This document shows, in pieces, positions 25,360-39,321 of a stretch of DNA of 64,000 nucleotides. Numbering within the stretch: the stretch's first letter is position 1; the number at the start of each line of letters is the position of its first letter. The notes under the pieces are model-generated. The model was not told where the DNA came from and ran no database searches. It saw only the letters and a program-made list of their open reading frames with translations. The DNA comes from Lama glama (Eukaryota), in NCBI GenBank assembly GCA_028534125.1, contig CM052817.1, forward strand, positions 79,114,001 through 79,178,000. Direction: 5' to 3'. A program made the position numbers and the translations under genes.

Positions 25360-25570
25360 TCTTTTTTTTTTTTTTGATTGAAGTATAATCAATTTACAAT
25401 GTTGTGTTAATTTCTGGCATACAGCATAGTGATTCATTTATACATATATATCTATTCCTTTTCATATTTTTTACTATAGGCCATTACAAGGTATTGAATG
25501 TAATTCCCTGTGCTATGCAGTAGGACCTTGTTGCTTATCTATTTCATATACAGTAGCTAATAGTAGCTAG
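25360..25570 (-). mobile_element. L1 3' end
   Basis: Poly(T) followed by ttgaagtataatcaatttacaatgttgtgttaatttctgg; same family as 15051-15488. Confidence 0.85.
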
Positions 25571-27199
25571 CATGTGATTCCATTTCGTTTCCTTTAATGC
25601 CAGTCTTGAACCAGCTGGTGAACACATGTCTCAGTTTGTCCAGGACAGTCCCAGTTTATGCCTGTTATCCCCGTGTGATTATTAATAACTCCCTCTTCAC
25701 TCAGTTGGTTTCATAAACCACCAGCTCACGTTTGGAAAAATCCTGCTCTAGAGAAAGAAGCCTCAAGCAGCAGGTGGAGGGACTGTTTTCACAGGGAGGC
25801 AGAGCTGCCTCAGGGCAGAGACGGCAGAAAAGAAGCAGTTCAGCAGGTAGCTGCCTTCTCCCAATTTCTAAACCAAGGTTTGGTACTTCAGAGACCCACC
25901 ACTTTGGCAGGACACACAGGCCGCTGGGAGTGCGGTGAGATGTCGCCCCCAAGTGGTTTCTCACGGGGCAAAAGAAGAACCATTACCTCCATCCAGAGAC
26001 TCGCTGAGACAATAGAGTAAGCTCCGGAAGGGACTCGGGGCCGATAACGTGCAGGTTGGGGCAACAATCTAGACCCACTGAGTTACTATTGGTATTGTTT
26101 AAACCCAGAGTTAGAAGAAATTCATTACCTTTAATTTTCATAACTATCTAACCAAAACATATTAGAAATAAATGATAGTTGCTTCACAAAGTTGCTTATT
26201 CATAAGAAATTAATCAAAAGCAAAAAAAGAAAAACCCTCAAAATTTTGTCTCCTTTAACTTTAAAAATAATTTGCTCAGAGGTACCAATTTTCCAATTGC
26301 TATCCTGTGATTGACATTTAAATTTGAAATGAAATAGCATTAAACCTTTAAAAAATAGTATCTCCTATGAAAAGGGAAAGATTGAATTACTTTCAGCTGC
26401 TTTGGCTATTCATTTATTCAACTCCTCCCCATTTCCCTGCCTTAGAATATATTTGAAGTGAGTGAAATCAGGCAGAATTTGTAATGATGCTGCAATTCAG
26501 GAGGAACATTTGAAAAGAGGACTGACCCATATTGTCCCCAAATACTGTATACCTATCAAGAAAAGAGTAGTTTTCACTACATTTTTTAAAAAGTGATTTC
26601 ACATTTCTGCTTGACGTTACTAACAAAATATGTCAATCCTTTTGTCTTCTGAAAATATCTTAAAATTCCTATTGCCGCTACCCTCCCCTCAAAAGTCTTA
26701 TTTAAGAAAACAAACACATTCTCAAAGTCAACTGGCAACAGATGGAATTTCCAGGTTGTTTTGATTTGCTGCTGCTGCTTCGGGCACGGCTTTAGCAGAG
26801 CCACAACGTGAGCCCAGCAATGCCCAGTCACACATTCTTTTCATGCTCTGTGCTAGGCTGTGGGCTTAAGACAAGACAGCTTCTGGCCCTTATTTTTTTT
26901 TTTTTTTTTTAGCTTTCCAGGCAAGAGTCCAGAAACAACTTGTTAAAATAGGTGCTTTCAGAAAGATAGAAATGAAAGATCTATAGTCCTGATCGGATGC
27001 TTTGAAATATCTTCTATATCCTTGAGTCCTTTGGCTAGGGCACCATGCTTGCTTTGAAAATGATGAGCTGGACCTTATTGTCAGTGTTCCAAAGGGATGC
27101 GAGAGTGCACGTTCTGTGAGACTCCACTGGCATAAGCCTAGATACTAGTTAACGTGGATCTGACTCAAATAGTTCAGGGAACCAGCTCTGGCGAAGATC

Positions 27200-27760
27200 C
27201 CTCAGATCATCTGCTGCTTCATTCCTTCCGTGTCTCTTCTTGATGCACTTTTGCCACTTGGCTTTCAGGATAGCTCTCTGGCCTGGATCTCTCCCACCTC
27301 CCTGACTGCTCCTCCGCCATCTCTTCCCCTGGCTCTTCCTCATGTCCCAACACTCAGACCGTGGAAGCATCGGTTCAGTCTCTTTTCCCTCCCCACACTT
27401 GCTCCAAAGCCATCTCACTCTTTCTCACCACACTTACTAAGCCATCTCATTTATCCTCATGGCTTCTAATGCCATCTATATGTTAATGATTCCCAAATGC
27501 GTAACACTGAACCCTCCCATGGTTCTCAGGCTCACGCCTGTCTAACAGGCATCTCAAGCTTAGTGTGTCCGCAGGTGAGTTCCCATTATTGCCCCCACTC
27601 CCAACCTGCTCCTAACACTGTCTCCAACCACCACTTCCCAGGTGCTCAGGCCAAAATCCTTGGAGCGTCCCTCCCACCTCTCTTCCTCTCACGTTCTGTG
27701 TTAGCAAATCTGCTTGCCTCCACCTCAAAATGCAGTAAGAATTTGACTCACCCGCTACTG
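27200..27760 (+). mobile_element. L2 fragment
   Basis: ccatctatatgttaatgattcccaaat..ggcatctcaagctta..gctcaggccaaaatccttggag. Confidence 0.7.
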
Positions 27761-27829
27761 CCACATCATACAATTCAAAGAGACTCCCCATTGTTTTTTT
27801 ATTCTTCTTTATACTTTTAATGTTGTGGT

Positions 27830-28922
27830 GCTGCCAGCACAGACTCCTGCATTGGACCAGGGGCTGCAGTGGTTGCCCCACAGATACTTAACAAGATCTC
27901 CAGAATTTGTGCTTGCTGTTCTGTCAACTCTGGGTTCTGTGGGTTTAGAGACCATGGTTCACAAAGGGGAAACAGTTTCCCCAGGGGACACAGCAGAAGC
28001 CCGATAAGCTACAGCTGTCACCTGGGCGCTTCAGACTCCTTTAGACCAGCAGACATGAAACGGAGCATCAGCCTAGCTGGGATAACGGACCCGCGTTATC
28101 AGGAGGAGGAAACGGCTACTGTTACACAATGGGCACCAAGAAGAATGTGTTGACACTTGGTGATTCATCTAGGTACACTCTGTTCTCAATTTTGATGGTA
28201 AATGGACAAATATACGAGCCTCAGCCTGAGAAGGGCATGGTTACCAGGGGCAAAAGCATGATGCTACGGAGGCCGCAGAGACCAGCAGAGATGCCAAGAG
28301 AAAGGGCAAACTAGACTGGACCATGTGGGAGTGAGACCACTGGCAACAGTAGGGGCCATTGTTCACATCCCACCTATCTTCCTCTCGTAAGTTTCCCTGG
28401 GAAGCGCAGCCAGCAAAGTCCTGGAAGGCATGCTTCCAGAACTTTTGTGATGCAGTGACTATGAGCAGCACAAAAGGACTTTAGTGGCAGCTGTGAGGTG
28501 CCACCCAGGTCCCCTTTGGGACCAAAGGATCTGTCCCCTCAGCAGCTGGGAGGGCAGTCAGCAGAGGGAACACTCTGCGGGAACTGCCTCAGCACAGAAG
28601 AGTTGCCTTGCCCAAGATCATGCCCCTGAGAAAGCCCACATTCAATGACTGGTTAATGTAGTATGGGTTTGCCTGCCCCTTATCCCCATCCCAACTTGGG
28701 GCGACTCTGGAGTGCGGCCAGCCCAGCTTCAGAGCTCCCTGTGAGGTTGGCTAAGTCCTTTGTTCAGAATGCATTACAGCCTGACTTTCCTCTCTGCCCA
28801 GTCATGCCTCCTTCCTTTCAATTCCCTTCCTCAGGTATCGACCCCAAGGGCTCTCCTTAATAAACTTCTTGCACACTAATCTCCACCTCAGATTCCTCTT
28901 CCAGGGGGACCCAACCTACCAT
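27830..28922 (+). mobile_element. Ancient ERVL-type internal remnant plus LTR16-like LTR (~28483-28922)
   Basis: gccttgcccaagatcatgccc..cttcagagctccc..aataaacttcttgcacactaatctcca..cccaacct matches LTR16 by recall. Confidence 0.65.
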
Positions 28923-31900
28923 GCCTTGAAATCAGGGAATCTTGACTGCTGTATGAAACCTCATAATTGTACCTAGAAAACCAGTTGATTTGACAACATA
29001 CTACATGTCTGGACACTGAGCTTATTTATGGGTTTTCCCTAAAATTCTTAGTGGAAGAGGAAGAGTACCACAAATTTAGACTCTCCATGTCCTTATTTAT
29101 TAAAAAATTAAATGTAAGAAAGGATTTTGCTGAAAATAATCAAAAGCTATGGTCCTCAGCTGCATTTGCTCTTGTATGACTAATATATTAAAGATACAAT
29201 AGATACACTATGTCGAGGACCACCGGTCATTGTTCATGGGTAGCTAAAATTGCCAGATAAGGTTTCACTGGTATGTCACACAGCCATTGCTAGGTTATGT
29301 TGCTGTAATAAACAACCTCAGAATCTCAGTGGCTAGCAAAAAGATTTGTTTCTCGTATTGGTACACTGTGGCTCTGTCTCAACATGCTTTCTGTCTCTAG
29401 GCTCCAGATTAAAGGAGATGCCCCAAACTGGGGCATGCTGTTCTCTGGTAGAGGAAAAGAGCAACAGAAAAACCACAGGGTGGCTCTCACAGCATCTTCT
29501 TGAACGAGGCACATGTCACTCTCGCTCACAGCTCGTTGGCTACGGGAAGTTACGAGGCCAAGCCTGGAAATACAACTCCTTCCCCAGGAGGGGATTCTGT
29601 AGGAATAAATTCACTAAAGAGGGGCAGGCAGTATTTTGAAGACATGATACCATCTTTCAGAAATGGTAACATGAGGGTCCAGAATCCTACATCTTTAATC
29701 AACGTTTAGCCTCCCTGAGTTAATCCTATACTGAAATCACATGAAGGTATAAGTTCCTGTGTCGATCAAATTGACCAAACAGTCAGCAGCATCTTCCTGC
29801 AGTCAGTCATTTACTAATTTGACCATCTCAACTTTAACAAACGATCTGGAGGCGGGGAACGAGGGCAGTCAAAGAGAGCTCTAAATAAAACAGTGAAATA
29901 GCAACGCACTTCTAAATTCACCCAAACGTGTTTATAGTCACCAGCAGCGTTTCCACTCTGAGTCTGGCAAAAATTCAGGAAGGATGTCTAAAAATAAAGG
30001 CTGAGACGTTAAGTAAGACCATGTGAACTAACATCCCCTGCTTCTTAGATTTACTCCTCTTACACATCATCATCGTTATTGTTAATATTATTATAAATAT
30101 CACGACTAGTGTCATTTTTATTAGTTATGCTTTTCTCCTTCACTGATTTGTGATGATCTTGTCCATATTTATAGGAACCATTTTAAATTGTTCCTGAAAA
30201 AAGATGTGGGGCTATTATTTCTAGTGAACAAAATCTGTCACTGTGAACAGTCTTAAAACGAGAGAGTGAAAGAAAGAAGATAAACCCAAGTTGTCTAATC
30301 AGAAGGGTTGAACTTAGGGAAGAGTCTGGGAGTGATCATGGGAGCAAGAGGAAGTGGTGACCCCGGGAATGGAGGAAAGGGCGTTGCTGAAGGCGAAAAC
30401 CTGAGCCCCGTTTCGGCCAGACCACATTTGTTGGAAAACTAACCAAAATATTAACCGAAGTAAATAGAAAGGGCCAACAGGCAGAATGAAAGATGACCTA
30501 AGCAGCATATAGGGGTCACACACAGAGAAGCTAAGCACAAAAAAATCCTGAAGGAGAAACAGATTGACAAGCTCTCCATATTGAAGGAAGCTGCACGTCC
30601 AGTCCCTTCCTGCACTCCCAGAAATCACAGCCAGGCTCCCAGACTGACCGGTGGTTAAGCATGCCACATCCCCCAACCATGGTCACCTTACTTAATGCTA
30701 TTTTTGACATTAAAAACTCTGATATGCATTAGGGAATGGAAAGCAAAATCCACACAACTTGTGAAATGAAATCTGAGACCTCAAAGGCATTGCTCTCCCC
30801 ACGGGGCCAGTCCAGGCTGGCCCATGTTCTTGAGGGACACACTTACTCTCTCTCCTCTGCTGTTGGGAGCAAGTTGGAGAAGCACTAGCCCAGGAAATGC
30901 TAATCCAAGCATTCATGGAAAGCATTAGAGCTAGTAACAAGAACTGTACATCTAAGAATGGTTGTGCTTGAGAGTAAGTGTAAATGGAGTTACTACATTT
31001 AGAACATCTTCAAAACAATGCAGTATTTCTGCTATACCCCACACTGCTATCACTGAAATAGCTAAAATGTGCTTTTATAAAAGAAGTCTGGCTTTGATTT
31101 TGATAAGCAATTTCACCTCATTGAAATCAAAAGCAACCTGTTGGAGGTGGCTCTCCCCACAGTCACAGTGAGTCTGTTTTCTGGAGAGTTCTTTGCAATT
31201 CCGAATTCCCACCTGGTGACCATAAGGATTTAAGGGCAGTCAGGGTGGCAGTGTGTTCCCCAAAACACACTGAGGGGTGTGGAGTCCTCTGGTGACAATG
31301 GTGGACCCCAGGACTCAAGGCTAAGGGGAGATCGGGGTGCCCTGGGCTGTGGGTGCAGTGTGGGAAGGAAAGGAGGTGTGGGCGATGACATAGGCATAAG
31401 AAGAATACCCTCCTTGGGGTTGATGTCAGTCGGGACTGAGTAACTGCCCATCAGCACAGAGCCTGCCACATGGTAAATAAATACTTAACATTAGCAGACG
31501 CCTTTATGGTCATCACTCCGAGATGAAAACATGGTGGGCACCCATGGAAATAATCAAAAGACTCCCCCAAGCCCCACTTTTGAAGGGAACTGCAGTTTTT
31601 GAGGGTAGATCTAAGAGGTAAGATGAAATACAAAAGGCAGACTCCCTCTCCCAGCACAGAAGTTTCACAGAAGAAAATTGAGAGTGAGACTGTGAATTTA
31701 ATTGAATCTAACGAATGTGGAGAGAAGTGTTCACCTGAGGTCTGAGCTCACATCTTATTATACATCATAAACTCCTGCGGAACAAAGGACCCAGCTATGA
31801 TTATACATATGGGAAAGGTTTCTATGATAATTCAGAGACTCTTTACATAGAATAAAACCTCTAGGCATAATGAATGTGGAGGCACTTCGGTCCCTGCTCT

Positions 31901-33889
31901 TCTCATCCTTCATCACAGAACACACACTGGAGAAGGCAGACGCGCAGTGACCCTCGGAGCATCTCGGGTGCCTGGCTGGGCAGAAGCCTCACGAGCATAA
32001 TGAGTTTATCACCTTCAGACCCTCCTGAACATCAGAGAGCTCCCACCGGAAATATTTAGAGTCTAACCTTGCATCTCTCTCCTCCTCGACGACTCAGATG
32101 CTCATTAGCTCTGTGCCCACGTGCTGTTGGCTTTTCATTATGTCCGAGTTAGGTCAAAGAGTCTGCTGGCATTGATCACATCCTTTTAGTACTGCTAACT
32201 TATAATGATTCATCTGGGCCAACAGAACATAATTAGAACTATTCAAAAGATCTCTCTTTGCATTTTGAAGTTCTAGGCAGGAAGCTGGAGGACTCCAGGG
32301 CACAAGATGTGTTTTTATCTTTCCTTCCCAGAAAAGGCTGTGACTTTGCAAGATAAAGGAGGATGTGAGTAGTGACCAGACAGCATTCTTTATGGGTAGG
32401 GATGAATTTAGATTTTAGGAACAGTGGATTCTTGCAGAGGCTGCAGTGTTTTCGCATGGGCTGGAAGGAAGACATCTGGCAGAAGAGTGCCGGTCTGAAA
32501 TTTGCAGGGAAGGGAAAATGCGCAGATAAAACTGTGCTTGTACAGAGAACACCAGGTATGACATGCAAAGAACAGTGACACCAGAGCAGACTAATGAGTC
32601 TTGCCAGAGAACAAGGAATTGGATTGGGAACCGTATTATGACCTCACATGTTTATGTACAAATTAGCAAAGCCTAGATTATGAATCAAGTTCACTTGAAA
32701 TTTTAGCCAAAGGAAGTGAATGCTGTGTCAGACAGAAGACATGGTGAAATGGGACAAACAGCTAGAACTTGGTGTTGAAAGAGTAAATCTCATCTCAGAG
32801 GAACACTAGCTCACATCTATGGAACACCTGCTACATGTCACATATGGTCATGTATCTGCAGGTGTTTTACAAGGATTATCTCTATTTTTCAGATGGTAGA
32901 CTGAGACACAGGGAGGTAGTGGAACCAGGATTTGAATGCAACAGTCTGGCATCGGTGTCCAGGCTTTTAAATACTGTTTCTCTAACAGATTAGAGCTCTT
33001 CAATGTGGGCTGAGAGAAATCCATCGACTGCAGAGTGGAATCACTGTGGGATCATTTCAGTTGGAAGTAAGATGCAGGAGAGAGAAAAGTGAAGTTCTTA
33101 TAAGAATGGCATCCTGGCCAGACATCAGATATAATATTGCAGTTTAATTCAGAGGAAAAACTGGCACAGAGACAACTGTAGTAGTGATTGGCAATTTTAG
33201 CTGTCAGGAAAGCTGTTGTCCAAATGCCCTCCCTTCCTCCACTTGGGCTCTGAGAAGCCATGGTTGGCAGAGACGGTTTCACACCAAGACTGCAAGGGAC
33301 ATAGAGGAATTACAGAAAAAGGGTGGAAACTTTGAGTTTGGAGGCAGGCAAATGATCCTGTTTTCAAAAAGCTAGCAAAGTGGACAGGAGTGAGGAGTCT
33401 GCAAATTATGAAGACAGGTTTAATGTCGATCCACTTTAAAATTCTGTATTTAAAAATATAGTTGGTGAGCATTTAGAAATGAAGCCATCTGAAAACCACT
33501 GAATCATACTTCTTATTTTGCAGGGGTGAAGATAACATCCTAGATGTAGATCCATGGTTTCCAGCTCCTTCAACTCCAGCCTTTCCTGCTTAGAACCTAC
33601 TGAGCCTGCCAGGTTAGAAAGGGTCCCAGCCACCTCACCATGCCTGGTATGCTGGCCATGGGGAATCTAAAATCAGTCCTTCTGTCACAGACCAGACACT
33701 CACTGAGCCTGAAACAAAATTCTGATTGACTGCCCAATGCTGCTAATCACTCTGCGGACCTAGCTCCTACGACGAGGCATCTAGCTCAGTTGCTTTGCTT
33801 TGCTGTCTAATTCTACTGTGTACTGGAGGGTTGCCCTTTGCTCTAACCCACTGGTCCCTTTAGTTCCCGCTGCTAACCCATTGTAAATA

Positions 33890-34526
33890 TGAGACAGGAA
33901 GGAAGGGGCAGGGCACAACCATTCAAGGAATGACACAGCAGTGAACACCAAAGTGGGAGAAAAGTCAACTCCCAGCAGACCTGGAGGCCCAAGATGGCAG
34001 GAGATTTGACTTTCGGTAGACCTTGAACTTCATTACATGCTCACTGTAATATATTAGCATGGTGATTTGCACTCCCATAGGCACCATGACAGTTCTGAGG
34101 TTGGACCACAAAAGGTCAAAAAGTGGGTGGTAGCCCAATTCCTGGGAATCCCTGCCCCTTCCCCAAAGTATTTGGAATAACCCTCCCACTTGTTAGCATA
34201 TGAAGCTACCGAGCTCATAAAAACTAAGAGCTCTCACACCTCATGGCCACTCTCCCTTCGGCTGCACTGTCTATAGAGTGTGTAACTACTTTCACTTTAA
34301 ACTAAACACCTGTCCCGCACCTCGTGGCCTTTCTCTTGCCTTCTGAGACAGCCTGCCCTCTATGGAGTATGTATCTCTCTGAATAAATCTACTTTTACTC
34401 AACCATAGCTCACTCTTGAATTCTTTCCTGTGCAAACCAAGGACCCTCACTTGCCAGGGTGCAGCCCAGGGACTTACCTGAGACCCAGGACAAGACCATC
34501 CTCTCGCCCCACATTTTCCTGTATCA
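33890..34526 (+). mobile_element. Solo LTR, MER41-like ERV1 family (copy 1)
   Basis: TGAGACAGG...CTGTATCA with flanks AATA/AATG, internal AATAAA, colinear with 45955-46568. Core cactccc..caccatgacagtt..ttcc..ggaa..gaataa..cttgttagcata resembles MER41 by recall. Confidence 0.85.
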
Positions 34527-35639
34527 AATGGACTGACTGTCAGGTGCACAATGTTAGCTATTGCACATCTATGTGTTTCTCTGTAAGAGATAGGAAAAGG
34601 TAGATTTCCTGCTTCTGTGCAGTTTAAATGTTAGTAGATACTCTGCCAAATTGTCCTCCCATCTATCTGTTCAGATTCACACTCCTTCCAGAGTGTGTGA
34701 GAGGACTCGCTTACCCACACCCATGCCAACAGCACCACTCTAAGTGGAATATTATCAAATTGGAGGGCTTCCAGAAGAGAGCAAACAGAAATGGTAGAGT
34801 ATGGCATCTTCGAAAAGAAACTTCATATGTTTATCCCAGGAAAGAGACATTTTAAAGAGTTCTCACATGAAAGAATCCAAATGATCCTTTGTCATCTCTC
34901 ATGCAGGTAAAGTTCAGCTTTCCCACGTGTATCTACAAGGCAATCGAGTCCATTCACAGCTGGTTCAAAATTCCACAACATTACTTGTTCCTAAAGATGC
35001 TAATGACTTAAATTATTTATATAACTCCCACTGGGCAAATTATCAACTGAACAACTTATCTTTTTAGGGTATCATGTTTACTAAGGAGCTGACTCCACCT
35101 TATATGGTAATTATAACAATGTAATTAAGTTTTTACTTCTCATTTTTTGCTTGTACCCCAATATTAATATGACATGTATTAGATAAAAACTATCTAATAG
35201 TCAATTAACTTATGGAAAGATGTTCAATTTCATCAATAGTTTTAAAACTAAAAGTAAAGAGATTTTTTTTTAATCTATTAGATTGGAAAAGATATAAAAG
35301 GCTAACAAAAGCTTTTTGCAAAGGTGTAAGGAAATGAACACTTTGATGTTCTGTTGGGTAAAGTATAAATGGTTGTAACTTCTTAGAAATAAATCTAACA
35401 ATGACAGAAATACAAAATGTGCACATGCTTTAATGTAACAATTCTATTTCTAGGAATTCAGCTTAAGAAAATATGGATATGTACAATGACTGAGCTAATA
35501 AGGACTTCCAAAGTTACTCTTTATACTAATAAATAATTGAAAATAATCTAAATACCCATCTAGGCAGGGCTTGTTATATAAGAGATGGTACTAGATATAA
35601 GGGAATACATATAGCCATTAAAATCCTGAAGTAGATCTG

Positions 35640-36084
35640 TGTGCTGGATTATTTCCTATTGGACCCTCCAGATCTATATTTTCCCTTTGTTCACCCTGCT
35701 CTGAGCCCCAGAAGGAGCATCAGTGGGCTCCCTTGTCTCTGGCTGCTGGCTAGGTTTGGCTACTGGGAGGAACTGTTAGGAAATGGTTAGGAAGATTGTG
35801 CAATCTGAATATTTTAGCCCTCTGTTTCCTCCCTGCTGAGTCATCCTGGGTTGGGTGGGTCCCTCTTCCAAAGACCTTGGCCTCTGTCAAGAGGCTGTCT
35901 CCTGCCACTACTCTCCTAGGTCCTGGGAACCACACTTCCCTTTACGGTTTAGACCGTGGGGTGGTATAAGCTCCGGCTCCCCACTGTCCCTAAGCCTGGG
36001 GGGCTTCATCAGCCTTCACTGGCTCCTCTCAATCCTACCACAGTCCTGTAATATAGGTTTAATTTCTGCCCTCCACTACTGACA
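35640..36084 (-). mobile_element. LTR33-like ERVL LTR
   Basis: ccctgctctgagccccagaagg..gggctcccttg..; family assignment from recall only. Confidence 0.55.
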
Positions 36085-37373
36085 GTTCAAAGACAAAGGA
36101 GTAAAGAAATGCAGAGAATTTCATCCTAACTAGTCCAAGCTTGTACATCAAAACATATGTCGCTGCTTATGGGACACAACAAAATGTAGATGCATGCAGA
36201 ATTTAAAATGCACAAAACTTTGCACCTTTTTAGACTAGCTATTGGGCCTTGTTTTAGAGTGCCTTTTAAAAAGAAATGTATCAAGCTGAGAGTTGAAGGA
36301 GAAGAAATCTGTTACAACACACTATTGTAATCCAATGGTAACATGTCCTGAAGTGTTGGGGTGATAATAAGGCCCCACAGACAACCATGAATTCAAATAA
36401 AACAGTAAGAATCCCACTGAGGGGAGAACAGCCAAGTATCTAAACAGTCACACGATTACCTTCTCCAATATACTTTTTAAATAAAAATATAAAAATAAAA
36501 ATATATAAGATGATCAGTCTTCATTTTAAAACTCCAGGAAGATCTTAAAATAGCAAGAATAGCTTTTTTCTCAGTATCAAGATACATTTCATATATGTTA
36601 TGTTTCAAAGATGTTTTTCTAAATATATAAGATCTTATCAAGGCTAGCTTTTAAACATTAGTAATTTAGATTGTAGCTGAGATAGGGAGACTCTCTGAGG
36701 AGCAGTAGATTTTATTTTCGTTGGTAATGTGGCTTTCCTCCAGCTACAAGGCAGACGTTACCTTCTCATCTGTTCTATAAAACTCAAACCGAGACTCATG
36801 AGTAGGTCCTGAAATCAATTTAGTGGGTGGACTGGGAGGGGGCAAACAGTATTTTTTAATGACACAAAATAAACTAGAATATAATCAGATTAAAACAGAA
36901 AATATCAGAGTGTATTTCACATACATAAACTATATAGTGAAATGTGTTTATTTTCACATATCTGTCTGTGTACTGGGTCACAAGGCAAAATGCATTTCTT
37001 ACTATGAATCTTGGTCAAAACTGAAAGTCTGTATTGGTCTATGGTCTATGATAACTTACTGCTTTCAGCCAAGTCTATATAGTAAGGCTACTAAAAGCAG
37101 GAGAGAGAAGTAAAGGTGATGATCAAAGCAGGATAAATTTATAGTGAGTGTGTTAGAATAAAGAACATATTAGTGTTATCATCCTAAAAGGGATCTTCAG
37201 AAGGATAAAAGCCATGCTACTTAGCCGCCATTGCTATAAGGGCACCACCTATAACTTTTGAAGCAGAGTGAGAATATGTTGATGAATTAGCTGTATTGGA
37301 CAATTAGTAACTTAGCTTTACTGATAATTCTCCAAGACAGACTAGCCATTAAATTATATTCAAGAAATATCCA

Positions 37374-37558
37374 AGAATAGATAAACAAGATTATACTGTA
37401 AAGCACAGGGAAATATACACAGATCTTATGGTAGCTCACAGAGCAAAATATGTGACAATGAATATATATATGTTCATGTATAACTGAAAAATTGTACTCT
37501 ACACTGGAATTTGACACAACATTGTAAAATGATTATAAATCAATAAAAATGTTAAAAA
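37374..37558 (+). mobile_element. Young L1 3' end with perfect TSD
   Basis: AAGAAATATCCA at 37362-37373 and 37559-37570; poly(A) tail. Confidence 0.92.
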
Positions 37559-37699
37559 AAGAAATATCCAGTGTGATCATAAATAACATGATTCAAATTA
37601 AAAAGCAATGTGAATAAAAATTGTTAAAGATATACTGTTGTATGAAAAAGGCAAATAAGAAAAACAATATACAGAGTAGGTATCACTTTGTGGTTTTCC

Positions 37700-38233
37700 A
37701 AAAATAATATACAAATAGTTAACAGGTTTATGAAAATGTGTTCAACATCATTAATTATCAGGGAAATGCAAATCAAAGCCACAAGACATCACTTCACACC
37801 TGTTAGAATGGCTATTATTAAAAAACAAAAGATAGGAGTTGGCGAGAACGTGGAGGAAAGGGAACATTTGTACTCTGTTGGTGGGAATGTAAATTGGTGC
37901 AGCCAATATGGAAAACAGTATGATGAGTCTTCAAAAAATTAAAAAATAGAACTACCATATGATCCAGCAATACCACTTCTGGTTATTTATTCAAAGGAAA
38001 TGAAAACGGGATCTCAAAGAGATAACTGCACCCCTATGTTCACTGCAGTATTATTTACAATATCCAAGATAGGGAAGCAACCTAAGTGCCCATCAATAGA
38101 TGGATGGATAAAGATGTGGTGTGTATATATATGTATATATATGTGTGTGTGTGTATGTATATATGTGTGTGTGTATATATTTATATATGTGTGTATGTAT
38201 GTATACATATGTGTGTATATAGTATATATATAC

Positions 38234-38267
<34 letters not shown>

Positions 38268-39283
38268 ATATATTACTCAGACATAAAAAAGAATGAAATC
38301 TTGCCATTCATGACAAATTGGATGGACCTAGAGGGTACTATGCTAAGTGAAAAAAATCAGAGAAAACATGATTTCACTTATATGCGGAATCTAAAAAAAT
38401 GAAACAAATGAACATGAAACATAAACAGAGTTATAGATACAGAAAACAAAAACATATTTGCCAGAGGGGAAGGGGGTTGAGGGGCAGTAAATAGATGAGG
38501 GAGATTAAGAGGTAAAAACTTTCCGTTGCAAAATAAGTCAATCATGGGTACAAAGTGTCCAGTGTATGGAATATAATTAGTAACTATGTAATATCTTGGT
38601 ATGGTGACATATTGTAACTAGACTTATTGTGGTGATCAGTTTGAAATGTATAGAAATGTTGAATCACTATGCTGTGTAACAAGAACTAATATAGTATTGT
38701 AAGTCAATAATACTTCAAAAACAAACAAACTCATAGAAAAAGAGATCAGATTTGTGGTTACCAGAGGCAGGGGTTGGGGCAGGGAGAGGAAAGTGGATGA
38801 AGGCAGTCGAATGTACAAACATCTAATTATAAGGTAAATAAGTACCAAGGATGCAATATACATGATAAATACAATTAATATTATATTATATATAGTATAT
38901 ATATAATTAACAATGTTTTGTGAACATCCATTATCTCATATAGGAAAAAAATTTTCTTGTGATAACTCTTAGGATTTTTTCTTTTAACAATTTCCATATA
39001 TAACATACAATGGAATATTATTCAGCCATAAAAAGGGAAATTTTGCCATTTGTGACAACATAGGTGGACCTGGAGGACATATGCTAAGTGAAATAAGCCA
39101 GACACAGAAAGAATGGTGGTTGCCAGGGACTAAGAGGATGGAAATGGAGAGATAATGGTCAAAGGGTAGTAAGTTTTAGTTATGAAAGATGAATAATTTT
39201 GGAGACCTATACAGCACAGTGCCTACAGCTAATGATATTGTACTGCATATTTAAAATTTTCTGAGAGAGTAGATCTTATGTTT

Positions 39284-39290
<7 letters not shown>
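37700..39290 (+). mobile_element. L1 ORF2 C-terminal and 3' UTR fragments with an internal (TA/TG)n microsatellite
   Basis: [27 protein letters not shown] and CTPMFTAVLFTISK..KQPKCPS are L1 ORF2 C-terminal motifs. Confidence 0.9.

Positions 39291-39321
<31 letters not shown>

Noticed and set aside
38000..38307. Tyr/Ile/Val/Cys/His/Thr-rich ORFs (also 40166-40392)
   Set aside because: Translations of dinucleotide microsatellites.
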